Assembly (NCBI GenBank): GCA_046726415.1 | Contig: JBKPAK010000180.1 | Location: forward strand, 1-13,806 | Direction: 5' to 3' | DNA: 13,806 nt | DNA from: Candidatus Methylomirabilota bacterium | GTDB lineage: Bacteria; Methylomirabilota; Methylomirabilia; Rokubacteriales; CSP1-6 | Part shown: one piece after another, positions 1-10,272 of the stretch | Numbering within the stretch: the first letter of the stretch is position 1 | Layout of the letters: every line of letters starts with the position of its first letter | Notes under the pieces: model-generated | Seen by the model: only the letters and a program-made list of their open reading frames with translations | Databases searched by the model: none | Told to the model about the DNA's origin: nothing | Translations under genes and position numbers: made by a program

Positions 1-41
1 GCCAATGCTGAGTGAAGCGCGAGTGGAGCCAATGCTGAGTG
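1..41. repeat. 14-bp direct repeat GCCAATGCTGAGTG (copies at 1-14 and 28-41, period 27 bp)
   Basis: Exact copies read directly from the sequence. GAGTGGAG also recurs at 21-28 and 37-44. The repeat may extend left of the window. Confidence 0.75.
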
Positions 42-54
42 GAGGGAGAAGCCG

Positions 55-1110
55 ATGAGACATCGCGTCGCGGTCATTCCCGGTGACGGGATCGGCAAAG
101 AGGTCGTCCCCGAGGGAATCCGGGTGCTCGAGGCCGCCGGACGGCGGTTCGGCGTTGAGTTCGCGTGGACGCACTTCGACTGGAGCTGTGAGACGTACCT
201 CAAGACGGGCCGGATGATGCCCGAGGATGGTCTCGATCACCTCCGCGCGTTCGAGGGTATCTTCCTGGGAGCGGTGGGCTTTCCCGGCGTGGCCGACCAC
301 GTATCGCTCTGGGGGCTGCTCATCCCCATCCGCCGCAACTTCCGGCAGTACGTGAACCTGAGACCGGTGCGGCTGCTCAAGGGCGCGCGCTCGCCGCTGG
401 CCGGGCGCGGGCCGGCCGACATCGACATGGTGATCGTGCGGGAGAACAACGAGGGGGAGTACTCGGAGATCGGTGGTCGGCTCTACAAAGACACGCCGGA
501 AGAGCTAGCCGTCCAGCAGGCCGTCTTCACACGGCGAGGATGCGACCGGATCATGCGCTACGCCTTCGAGCTCGCGCGGCGGCGCCCGCGCCGCCATGTC
601 ACCTCGGCCACCAAGTCCAACGGCATCATCCACAGTATGCCGTACTGGGACGAGCGGTTTGCGACCATGGCCCGAGAGTACCCCGACGTGAAGACCGCCC
701 AGTACCACATCGACATCCTGACCGCCCACTTCGTGCAACATCCCGACTGGTTCGACGTCGTGGTGGGTTCGAACCTGTTCGGCGACATTCTCTCGGATCT
801 CGGCCCGGCCATCGCCGGCTCCATCGGTTTGGCCCCCGGCGCCAACATCAATCCTGAGAAGGAATACCCGTCGATGTTCGAGCCGGTGCACGGCTCGGCT
901 CCCGACATCGCGGGCAAGGGGCTGGCGAATCCCATCGCCCAGATCTGGACGGGGGCCCTGATGCTCGAGCACCTCGGTCACCCCGAGGCCGCGGCGGCCG
1001 TGGTCAGAGCCATCGAGCGCGTGGTAGAGGAGGGCAAAGTCCTCACGCGCGACCTCGGTGGAAGGGCCGCCACCGCCGACGTTGGCCAGGCCATCGCCGG
1101 GCTGGTTTGA
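55..1110 (+). CDS. Tartrate dehydrogenase / D-malate dehydrogenase (decarboxylating), isocitrate/isopropylmalate dehydrogenase family
   Basis: 351 aa. Motifs IPGDGIGKEV, DHVSLWGLLIPIRR, YVNLRPVRL, RENNEGEYS, ATKSNGI..SMPYWD, NLFGDILSDL and FEPVHGSAPDIAGKG match the TtuC/DmlA(YeaU) subfamily. GGAGGGAG RBS lies upstream of the ATG. Confidence 0.9.
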   Translation: MRHRVAVIPGDGIGKEVVPEGIRVLEAAGRRFGVEFAWTHFDWSCETYLKTGRMMPEDGLDHLRAFEGIFLGAVGFPGVADHVSLWGLLIPIRRNFRQYVNLRPVRLLKGARSPLAGRGPADIDMVIVRENNEGEYSEIGGRLYKDTPEELAVQQAVFTRRGCDRIMRYAFELARRRPRRHVTSATKSNGIIHSMPYWDERFATMAREYPDVKTAQYHIDILTAHFVQHPDWFDVVVGSNLFGDILSDLGPAIAGSIGLAPGANINPEKEYPSMFEPVHGSAPDIAGKGLANPIAQIWTGALMLEHLGHPEAAAAVVRAIERVVEEGKVLTRDLGGRAATADVGQAIAGLV

Positions 1111-1166
1111 AGGGCGAAGGAGCGCCGATCGGATTCGCGCACTGCGTCGATGGAATGCTCGGCGCG

Positions 1167-1360
1167 CTACCAGATGGTGATCGCCCCCAATGCCCTCAGG
1201 GCTGGGTCGGCGCTCACGAGGTGGCCGTTCTCGATGGCGCTCGGGGCGGCCAGCATTCGCTTGAACGGGTCGCGATGGCCGTGAACGAGGCGCCCGGCTT
1301 TCTGGACGTGGGCGAGCCTGATGGGAGTTCCCGGAACCCTGCGCGCTCGACGTATCCGGG
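1167..1360 (-). pseudogene. vapC: Remnant of a type II toxin-antitoxin VapC (PIN-domain) toxin, C-terminal half only
   Basis: Manual minus-strand translation: PGYVERAGFREL-(1-nt loss at ~1323-1325)-IRLAHVQKAGRLVHGHRDPFKRMLAAPSAIENGHLVSADPALRALGAITIW-TAG(1167-1169). This matches the PIN C-terminal pattern HRDPFDRxLxAQA..E...LV(S/T)xD.....W-stop. No N-terminal LLDTH segment is visible. Confidence 0.75.
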
Positions 1361-1388
1361 CTCAAAGATGGCCGCGCCCACGTGGCCC

Positions 1389-1418
1389 TTGGGGCAACCA
1401 CGGCACGAGTGCTATGTT
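1389..1418 (+). promoter_or_regulatory. Candidate sigma70 promoter for the orphan Mo-hydroxylase gene (extended -10 TGcTATGTT)
   Basis: TG at 1410-1411 plus TATGTT at 1413-1418, with a weak -35 TTGGGG at 1389-1394 (18-bp spacer). About 100 nt upstream of the ATG at 1522. Confidence 0.35.
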
Positions 1419-1521
1419 TCCTGCGCGCCCCGCGCGGGGTTGGTGGATCGGGTCGCAGGGCGGCGCGCGTGGGGCGCGGACACGATCCTTCTTTGACCAA
1501 CCGTCGGGAGGTGCCAGATCG

Positions 1522-3807
1522 ATGATCGGAGTGGCCCATCCTCGCCTCGGTGGCGACCGGCTCGTCTTGGGAGCGGGCCAGTTCGTGGCCGACGTGCATC
1601 CTCCAGGGATGCTGGAGGCCGCGGTGTTGCGCTCCCGCCATGCGCACGCGCGCGTGGTGGCCATCGACGCCAAGCGGGCGTTGGAGCTGGGGGGCGTGCG
1701 CGCCGTCCTGATGGCCCCCGACGTCCCGGAGGCGGCCATCATTCCCAATCGGGTGCCCGCGCCACCGGGGACCGCGCGTTATCTGCAGCCGGCCATCGCG
1801 CGCGGGGTCGCGCGCTACGTGGGCGAGCCGCTCGCTCTGGTGGTCGCCGACGATCGCTACATCGCCGAGGATGCCTTGTCGCTGATCGACGTCACCTACG
1901 AGGCGCACCCCGCCTGCACGTCGGTGGCCGAGGCCTTGGCACCGGGCGCCCCACGCCTCTTCGCCGGCACGGAGTCGAACAACGTCGCCGTCATCCAGAT
2001 GCGCGTCGGCGACGCCGACGCCGCGCTGACCGGCGCCCCGCTCATCGTCCGCGAGCATTTCCGCCATCCGCGGCAGACCGGGGCGGCCCTCGAGACACGT
2101 GGGCTCGTGGCGGTGCCCCCCGATCCCCGCGGCGGGGAGCTCCACCTGATCGGCTCCACGAAGTGCATTCACATCAACCGGACTATTCTGGGGCCGATCT
2201 TCGGCATTCCACCGGGCGCACTCCGCCTCACCGAGATCGACGTGGGGGGCGGCTTCGGGCCCCGCGGCGAGCTGTACCCGGAGGACATTCTGGTGCCACT
2301 CGCGGCCATGAAGCTCGGTCGACCGGTGCGCTGGATCGAGAGCCGGCGCGAGAGTCTGATGGCCACCAACCACGCGCGTGACGCCGAGTACGAAATCGAG
2401 ATGGCCTTCGAGGCCGACGGGCGCATCCGCGGCATGCGCGTGGTCATTCGCGCCGACATCGGCGCCTACGTGCGCACGGCCGCCCTCGTACCCTCGGAAT
2501 TCGGGGCCGCGTTGCTCCCGGGCCCGTATCGCGTTCCGCACTATACCTGCGATCTGTGGTCAGTGGTGACCAACAAGACGCCGGTGGGCACCCTGCGCTC
2601 GCCAGGCCGCCCCGAGTGCAACTTCGCTCGCGAGCGCTTGATGGACATGGCGTCCGCGCGTCTCGAGCTCGATGCCGCCGAGATCCGGCGCCGCAACCTC
2701 ATCCGCCCCGAGGAGATGCCGTACGACTGCGGGACGAAGTCATTCGGCGCGACGACGGTGTACGACTCCGGCGACTTCCCCGCCCTGTTCGACGAGATGC
2801 TGCGCCGGCTCGACTACCACCGGGCGCGGGCCGAGCAGCGGGCTCTCAACAAGGGCTCGGGGCTCCGGCGCGGCATCGGGCTCGCCGCGTATGTCGAGAA
2901 GACAGGGCTCGGCCCCTTCGAGACGACGCATGTCGAGGCGCGGCCCGACGGGCGGTTCACCGTCGACACGGGTGCGGCCTCGATGGGGCCAGGGCTGGAG
3001 ACGGTACTCGCGCAGATCCTGGGCGACGCGCTCGGCCTTCCCGCCGATCGCTTCGATGTCCGGCATGCCGACACCGCCACGGTGGAGAGCGGCGTGGGGA
3101 CGTACGGCTCGCGCGGCACGGTGACTGCCGGCAATGCGGCCCACATGGCGGCGGCCAAACTCGTGGCCGATGCCCGCGCGCGCGCCGCGGAGCTGTGGAA
3201 CGTGCCAGTGGACACCATCGCCTACGCGGCCGGCGTTCTCTCCACCAATGGCCGGCGAATCAGCCTGGCCGAGCTGGCCGCACGCGGCAAGCTCGCGGCG
3301 GGAACGTCGTTCAATGTCACCAAGCTGACCTATGCCGGATGTGCGGCGGCCGTCGTGCTGGATGCGGATCCCGAGACCGGGGCGATCAGATTGCGGCGGG
3401 TCGTCGTGGGTGCCGACGTGGGTCGCGCGGTGAACCCGGCTCTGATCGACGGGCAGCTCATCGGCGGCGTGGCCTTCGGTATAGGCAACGCACAGCTCGA
3501 GAGCCTGGAGTACGACGGCGCGGGCCAGCTCCTCGCCGGGACGTTCATGGACTATGCGCTGCCATACGCGCCAGACGTGCCAGCGGTCGAGGGCTTCTAC
3601 CAGGAGGTTCGCGCCACCACCAACCCTCTCGGGCTTCGCGGACTCGGAGAGTGCGGCAACCCGGGGCTCGGCGCAGCCATCGCCAACGCGGTCTGCGACG
3701 CCTTCGCTGACCTCGGCGTTTCGCTCACCGCGCTGCCGGTGTCGCCCCAACGGGTCTACCAGGCCATCCGTCGGGCTCGCCCCGCGGCCGTTGGCCTCGC
3801 ACCGTGA
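1522..3807 (+). CDS. Xanthine dehydrogenase family molybdopterin-binding large subunit (CoxL/CutL-like, not form I CODH); substrate unknown
   Basis: Start moved from 1321 to ATG 1522, which follows RBS GGGAGGTG; 761 aa. Motifs LRSRHAHARV, RYVGEPLALVVA, ALETRG, DVGGGFGPRGE, GRPVRWIESRRESL, YDSGDFP, GTYGSRG, DVGRAVNP..IDGQLIGG and NPLGLRGLGECG. The active-site loop reads TLRSPGR. Confidence 0.9.
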   Translation: MIGVAHPRLGGDRLVLGAGQFVADVHPPGMLEAAVLRSRHAHARVVAIDAKRALELGGVRAVLMAPDVPEAAIIPNRVPAPPGTARYLQPAIARGVARYVGEPLALVVADDRYIAEDALSLIDVTYEAHPACTSVAEALAPGAPRLFAGTESNNVAVIQMRVGDADAALTGAPLIVREHFRHPRQTGAALETRGLVAVPPDPRGGELHLIGSTKCIHINRTILGPIFGIPPGALRLTEIDVGGGFGPRGELYPEDILVPLAAMKLGRPVRWIESRRESLMATNHARDAEYEIEMAFEADGRIRGMRVVIRADIGAYVRTAALVPSEFGAALLPGPYRVPHYTCDLWSVVTNKTPVGTLRSPGRPECNFARERLMDMASARLELDAAEIRRRNLIRPEEMPYDCGTKSFGATTVYDSGDFPALFDEMLRRLDYHRARAEQRALNKGSGLRRGIGLAAYVEKTGLGPFETTHVEARPDGRFTVDTGAASMGPGLETVLAQILGDALGLPADRFDVRHADTATVESGVGTYGSRGTVTAGNAAHMAAAKLVADARARAAELWNVPVDTIAYAAGVLSTNGRRISLAELAARGKLAAGTSFNVTKLTYAGCAAAVVLDADPETGAIRLRRVVVGADVGRAVNPALIDGQLIGGVAFGIGNAQLESLEYDGAGQLLAGTFMDYALPYAPDVPAVEGFYQEVRATTNPLGLRGLGECGNPGLGAAIANAVCDAFADLGVSLTALPVSPQRVYQAIRRARPAAVGLAP

Positions 3808-3892
3808 CAGCACCGCCAGGGGGAGGGGTTTGTCGTGTTGAATTGCGCGGCGCGAATGCCCGGACTCGTCGACTGACAAGGGGGCCAGCGCG

Positions 3893-4765
3893 ATGATCCC
3901 GGCCGCATTCGAGTATCACGCCCCAGGCTCGATCAATGAGGCAACCGCGCTGCTCGCGACGCTCGGTGAGGACGCGAAGGTGCTCTCGGGAGGCCAGAGC
4001 CTCATCCCGCTCATGAAGCTCCGCCTCGCCAGTCCGCGCCATCTGGTCGATATCAACGGGATCCCCGGTCTGGCTCACATTCGCGAAGCCGATGGCGGCC
4101 TCCACATCGGCGCCCTCACCCGCGAGGCGGAGTTGGAGGAGTCCGATCTCATCCGGACCCGCTATCCGCTCCTCCACGACGCGTGCCGGGTGATCGCCGA
4201 TCCTCTGGTGCGGAGCCTCGCCACCGTCGGGGGCAATCTCGCCCACGGCGACCCGGCCAACGATCACCCCGCGGTCATGCTGGCGCTCGGCGCCGAGATT
4301 GTCGCCATTGGTACCCGGGGCGAGCGCCGTATTCCCATCGCCTCGTTCTTCACCGGCCCCTTCGCGACGGCGCTCGGTCCCGACGAGATTTTGGTGGAGA
4401 TCCGAATTCCTGCGCCCGCGGCACGCAGCGCGGGCGCTTACCTCAAGCTCGAGCGAAAGGTCGGTGACTTCGCCACGGCTGCCGTGGCGGTGCAACTCAC
4501 GGTGAGCGCGGGCCGGTGCGAACGCGTGGGCATCGGCCTCACCAATGTGGGGTTGACGCCCATCAAGGCCGAGCAGGCGGAGTCGTCGTTGGTGGGCCAG
4601 CGGCCGGATGCGGCGCGCATCAGGCACGCCGCGCAGCTTGCCGCCGAGGCGTCGCAGCCCACCGCCGATCTCCGAGGCCCCGTGGAGTACAAAAAGGACC
4701 TCGTGAGAGTCTTGACGGCTCGCGCACTCTACCGCGCCCTCGAGCGCGCCGGCGTAGAAAGGTGA
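3893..4765 (+). CDS. coxM: Aerobic CO dehydrogenase medium (FAD-binding) subunit
   Basis: 290 aa. [11 protein letters not shown] start, [43 protein letters not shown] and [10 protein letters not shown]. It is the first gene of the M-S-L order typical of form I. Confidence 0.92.
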   Translation: MIPAAFEYHAPGSINEATALLATLGEDAKVLSGGQSLIPLMKLRLASPRHLVDINGIPGLAHIREADGGLHIGALTREAELEESDLIRTRYPLLHDACRVIADPLVRSLATVGGNLAHGDPANDHPAVMLALGAEIVAIGTRGERRIPIASFFTGPFATALGPDEILVEIRIPAPAARSAGAYLKLERKVGDFATAAVAVQLTVSAGRCERVGIGLTNVGLTPIKAEQAESSLVGQRPDAARIRHAAQLAAEASQPTADLRGPVEYKKDLVRVLTARALYRALERAGVER

Positions 4766-4770
4766 CGCAC

Positions 4771-5261
4771 ATGCGGATCGCCCTGTCGATCAACGGCGAG
4801 AAGCACGAGGCCGACGTCGAGCCGCGCCTCTTGCTCGTTCACCTGATTCGGGACGTGCTGCGGCTCACCGGCACCCACATCGGGTGCGACACGACCCACT
4901 GCGGCGCCTGCGCGGTCATCATGTCTGGACGCCCGGTGAAGTCATGCACGGTGTTCGCCGTACAGGCCCGCGGCAAGGACATCATGACGGTGGAAGGCCT
5001 CGAACGCGATGGCCAGCTCCATCCGCTCCAGGAGGGGTTCATGGCGAAGCACGGCTTGCAGTGCGGGTACTGCACGCCGGGCATGCTGATGACCAGCTAC
5101 GCCCTCCTCGCGAAGCATCCGGCCCCGAGCGAGGATGAGATCCGCTGGGCGATCTCCGGCAACCTCTGCCGTTGCACCGGCTACATGAACATCGTCAAGG
5201 CCATCCGGCACGCGGCGGAGAAGATGCAGGGAGATGGGCGAGCGAGACAAGGAGGGGCGTG

Positions 5262-5262
<1 letters not shown>
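4771..5262 (+). CDS. coxS: Aerobic CO dehydrogenase small ([2Fe-2S]) subunit
   Basis: Start at ATG 4771 after GAAAGGTG (not 4516); 163 aa. [10 protein letters not shown]...KSC and QCGYCTPG...GNLCRCTGY supply the ligands for two [2Fe-2S] clusters. Confidence 0.93.
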
Positions 5263-7628
<2,366 letters not shown>

Positions 7629-7674
7629 TGAACGCGTGGTGTCTCGACTCGTCGATTTGGTCAGTTGCAGCGCG

Positions 7675-8601
7675 GTGGCTGACGATCTCCTCGAACTAGC
7701 ATCGGAGCTCCGGCGCTGCGGCGAACCCTTCGCGCTGGCCACGGTCGTGCGGTGCGAACCACCGACCTCGGCCAAGCCGGGTGCCAAGGCGCTGGTCCGC
7801 GCCGACGGCAGCGTTTCCGGCTGGGTCGGCGGTGCCTGCGCCGAGCCGGTGGTCGTGCGGGAGGCCCTCAGCGCCCTCCGCGACGGGCGGCCGCGCCTCG
7901 TCGGGCTCATCGGAGAGGGTCGCCGCGGTCCGGGCCGGACAGAAGGGTTGCTCGAGTACCCGATGAGCTGCCACAGTGGCGGCACCCTGGAGATCTACGT
8001 GGAGCCCTACCTTCCCAAGCGCCGGCTGGTGATCGTGGGACAGGGTCCGGTGGTCGAAACCCTGGCAACTCTCGCCGGCGCCGTGGAGCACTCGGTGGTG
8101 GTGCTCCGTGAAGGTGCCGTCCCGTCGGGGCTCGACCGGCTGGACCTCGCGGGCGCTGCCGTGGTCGTGGCGACTCACGGAAACTTTGACGAAGACGCGC
8201 TGGCGCGGGTCCTCACGAGCCAGGCTGGGTACGTGAGCCTGGTCGCCAGTCGCCGTAGGGCCGCTGCCATCGTCGAGAGTCTCCGGCAGAGGGGCGTGCC
8301 ATCCGAACATCTGGCCCGACTCAAGGCCCCGGCGGGCGTGGACATCGGTGCCTCCACCCCCGAGGAGATCGCCGTGAGCATTCTCGCCGAGATCATCCAG
8401 CACCACCGAAGCGCCAAGAGCTTGCCGGGAGTCGCCGCTGAGCCGTCCGGTAGGGATCCGATCTGCGGGATGCTCGTCCCCCTCGCCACCGCGAAGTACG
8501 GCTCGCAGGCGCGTGGACATCGGGTGTACTTCTGCAGCCGTCACTGCCAGGAAACCTTCGACCATGACCCCGAGCGTTACCTCGCGGGGGCCGGCGGATG
8601 A
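7675..8601 (+). CDS. XdhC/CoxF(CoxI)-family Moco chaperone/maturase fused to a C-terminal YHS/TRASH domain
   Basis: FALATVVR..PTSAKPGAKA, GWVGGAC, MSCHSGG.LEIYVEP, VVATHG..DE.AL, YVSLVAS and APAGVDIGASTPEEIAVSILAEI, followed by DPICGM...YFCSRHC..TF..DPERYL at ~8452-8583. The start is uncertain (in-frame GTG at 7636, 7639 or 7675). Confidence 0.85.
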   Translation: MADDLLELASELRRCGEPFALATVVRCEPPTSAKPGAKALVRADGSVSGWVGGACAEPVVVREALSALRDGRPRLVGLIGEGRRGPGRTEGLLEYPMSCHSGGTLEIYVEPYLPKRRLVIVGQGPVVETLATLAGAVEHSVVVLREGAVPSGLDRLDLAGAAVVVATHGNFDEDALARVLTSQAGYVSLVASRRRAAAIVESLRQRGVPSEHLARLKAPAGVDIGASTPEEIAVSILAEIIQHHRSAKSLPGVAAEPSGRDPICGMLVPLATAKYGSQARGHRVYFCSRHCQETFDHDPERYLAGAGG

Positions 8602-9218
8602 GGCCATTCGTCTCCGGCCTCGTCCTCGCGGCTGGCTCCTCCACGCGCCTCGGCCAGCCCAAGCAGCTCCTCCCGTTCGGCGCCACCACGCTCCTCGACC
8701 GCGTGGTGGGCGAGGCGAATTCCGCCTCGGCGCTGGACGAGGTCGTCGTGGTCATCGGAGGCGCCGCCGCCGAGGTCCGCGATCGCGTCGATTTCGGCGG
8801 GGCCAAGGTCATCGAGAATCCGGAGTTCGCCCGGGGATGCTCGGCCTCGTACCGCGCGGGAATCGGCGGGCTCGACGCGGACTCTGCCGCCGTCGTCGTG
8901 CTGCTCGGGGACGAGCCGGGTGTCGACCGAGACGTCATCGACCTTATGGCCCTGGCCTGGCGCGCCACCTCCGCGCCCATCATGCTGGCCGCCTACTGCG
9001 ACGCGGAGGGTCACCCGCTCGTCTTCGCTCGCGGGCTCTTCGATCAGCTCATCGCTCTGCAGGGCGACAAGGCGGCCTGGAAGATCGTCGATGCGCATCG
9101 GGATTGGATCCAGCCGGTTTCGATCGACCGTCCCCGGCCGCGGGGCGTCAACACCCGGGAGGAGTACGAAGCGCTCGTCGGCCGCCGCTTCCCGAGAACA
9201 CCTTACGAAATCACTTGA
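8598..9218 (+). CDS. mocA: Molybdenum cofactor cytidylyltransferase (MocA-like nucleotidyltransferase)
   Basis: 206 aa with an ATGA overlap to the upstream gene. LAAGSSTRLGQPKQLL (LAAG type, not MobA LAGG), LLGDEP, GHPLVF and GDKAA. CODH uses MCD, which fits the context. Confidence 0.8.
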   Translation: MRPFVSGLVLAAGSSTRLGQPKQLLPFGATTLLDRVVGEANSASALDEVVVVIGGAAAEVRDRVDFGGAKVIENPEFARGCSASYRAGIGGLDADSAAVVVLLGDEPGVDRDVIDLMALAWRATSAPIMLAAYCDAEGHPLVFARGLFDQLIALQGDKAAWKIVDAHRDWIQPVSIDRPRPRGVNTREEYEALVGRRFPRTPYEIT

Positions 9219-9255
9219 AGGCTCCGAGGGCAGCGGCGCGCCCGGAAGCACCCTG

Positions 9256-10239
9256 ATGATGAGGCGGATCGTCGTCAGCGCCGTGCTCCTCGGGGTCGCG
9301 AGCCTGGTCCTGCCGACCGGGGCGCAGGAGGCATATCCGAACCGGCCGATCACCATCGTGGCTCCGTTTCCGCCGGGTGGCGTGGCCGATCTCACCGCTC
9401 GCCCGGTGGCGGCGGCCCTCGAGAAGATTCTCAAGAATCCCGTGGTAGTCGTGAACAAGACGGGCGCAGCAGGGGCGGTAGGGATGCAGTTCGCGGCGGC
9501 GAGCCGGCCCGACGGCTACACGCTGCTCCTGGCGCTGTCGTCGATGTCGATCATTCCCGAGGCCGACAAGCTCTTCGGCCGCGCTCCCGCTTTCACCGTG
9601 GACCAGTTCGAGCCCATCGCCCTCATCTCGGCCGACCCGACGATCCTGGTCGTGCGCACGGAGAGCCCCTGGAAGACCGCCCGGGAGTTCATCGAGGACG
9701 CGCGGAAGCGACCGGACCAGATCACATATAGCTCGTCGGGGGTCTACGGCACGCTTCACATGGCGATGGAGCTCCTGCAGCAGGCGGCCGGCATCACCTT
9801 GCGCCACGTGCCCTATCCAGGCGGAGGTCCGGCCGTCACCGCCCTTCTGGGAGGCCACGTGGATGCCCTCGCCTCCGGGCCGTCGGTGGTGCTGCCCCAC
9901 ATCAAGGCGGGCAAACTGCGTCCCCTCGCCGGCTGGGGCGATCAGCGCATTGCCGCGCTGGCAGAGGTTCCAACCTTCAAGGACCTCGGGTATCCCGGCG
10001 CCGAGTTCTACATCTGGGCCGGGCTGTTTGCCCCTCGGGGGACGCCCGAGCCGGTGCTGGCCAAGCTGCGCGAGTCCATGCGCGCGGTCGTCAACGACTC
10101 GGATTTCAAGGCGGCCATGGCCAAGCTGGAGACGCCCATCGCGTTCAAGCAAGGGGAGGATTTTCGGAGGTTCTTCGACGCGGACGCCCGGCGCCTGGCC
10201 GAAGGCGTGCGCCGGGTGGGGAAGATCGAGGCAAAGTGA
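9256..10239 (+). CDS. Tripartite tricarboxylate transporter substrate-binding protein (Bug/TctC family)
   Basis: Start at ATG 9256 or 9259. Signal peptide MMRRIVVSAVLLGVASLVLPTGAQEA, then YPNRPITIVAPFPPGGVAD..AR, NKTGAAG, PDGYTLL, HVPYPGGGPAVTALLGGHVD and WAGLFAPRGTP. Confidence 0.92.
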   Translation: MMRRIVVSAVLLGVASLVLPTGAQEAYPNRPITIVAPFPPGGVADLTARPVAAALEKILKNPVVVVNKTGAAGAVGMQFAAASRPDGYTLLLALSSMSIIPEADKLFGRAPAFTVDQFEPIALISADPTILVVRTESPWKTAREFIEDARKRPDQITYSSSGVYGTLHMAMELLQQAAGITLRHVPYPGGGPAVTALLGGHVDALASGPSVVLPHIKAGKLRPLAGWGDQRIAALAEVPTFKDLGYPGAEFYIWAGLFAPRGTPEPVLAKLRESMRAVVNDSDFKAAMAKLETPIAFKQGEDFRRFFDADARRLAEGVRRVGKIEAK

Positions 10240-10272
10240 GCGTGAGAGCCGGCGCGGAGCGTGGCGGCGTTG

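Noticed and set aside
1122-1165. Inverted repeat GCGCCGA...TCGGCGC between the convergent tdh and vapC ends as a terminator
   Set aside because: Only 7 bp with a 30-nt loop and no U-tract on either strand.
1107-1496. 129-aa + strand ORF overlapping the tartrate dehydrogenase stop
   Set aside because: No recognisable family. It is mostly the antisense of the VapC remnant and runs through the promoter and leader of the next gene.
1321-1521. N-terminal extensions in the ORF track (starts at 1321, 4516, 5172, 7483, 8920, 10848)
   Set aside because: The extensions overlap upstream genes or leaders. Family similarity, and in most cases an RBS, begins at the downstream starts used here.
505-2541. 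678-aa minus-strand ORF, and other long antisense ORFs (2740-3879, 6174-7298, 9211-10152, 11450-12892)
   Set aside because: They lie opposite well-supported genes and have no recognisable motifs, as expected for shadow ORFs in high-GC DNA. The only meaningful antisense signal here is the VapC fragment, which is in different frames.
1522-3807. Calling the first large subunit a second CO dehydrogenase (form I or II)
   Set aside because: It has neither AYRCSFR nor AYRGAGR, and lacks the Cu-ligating Cys at that position.
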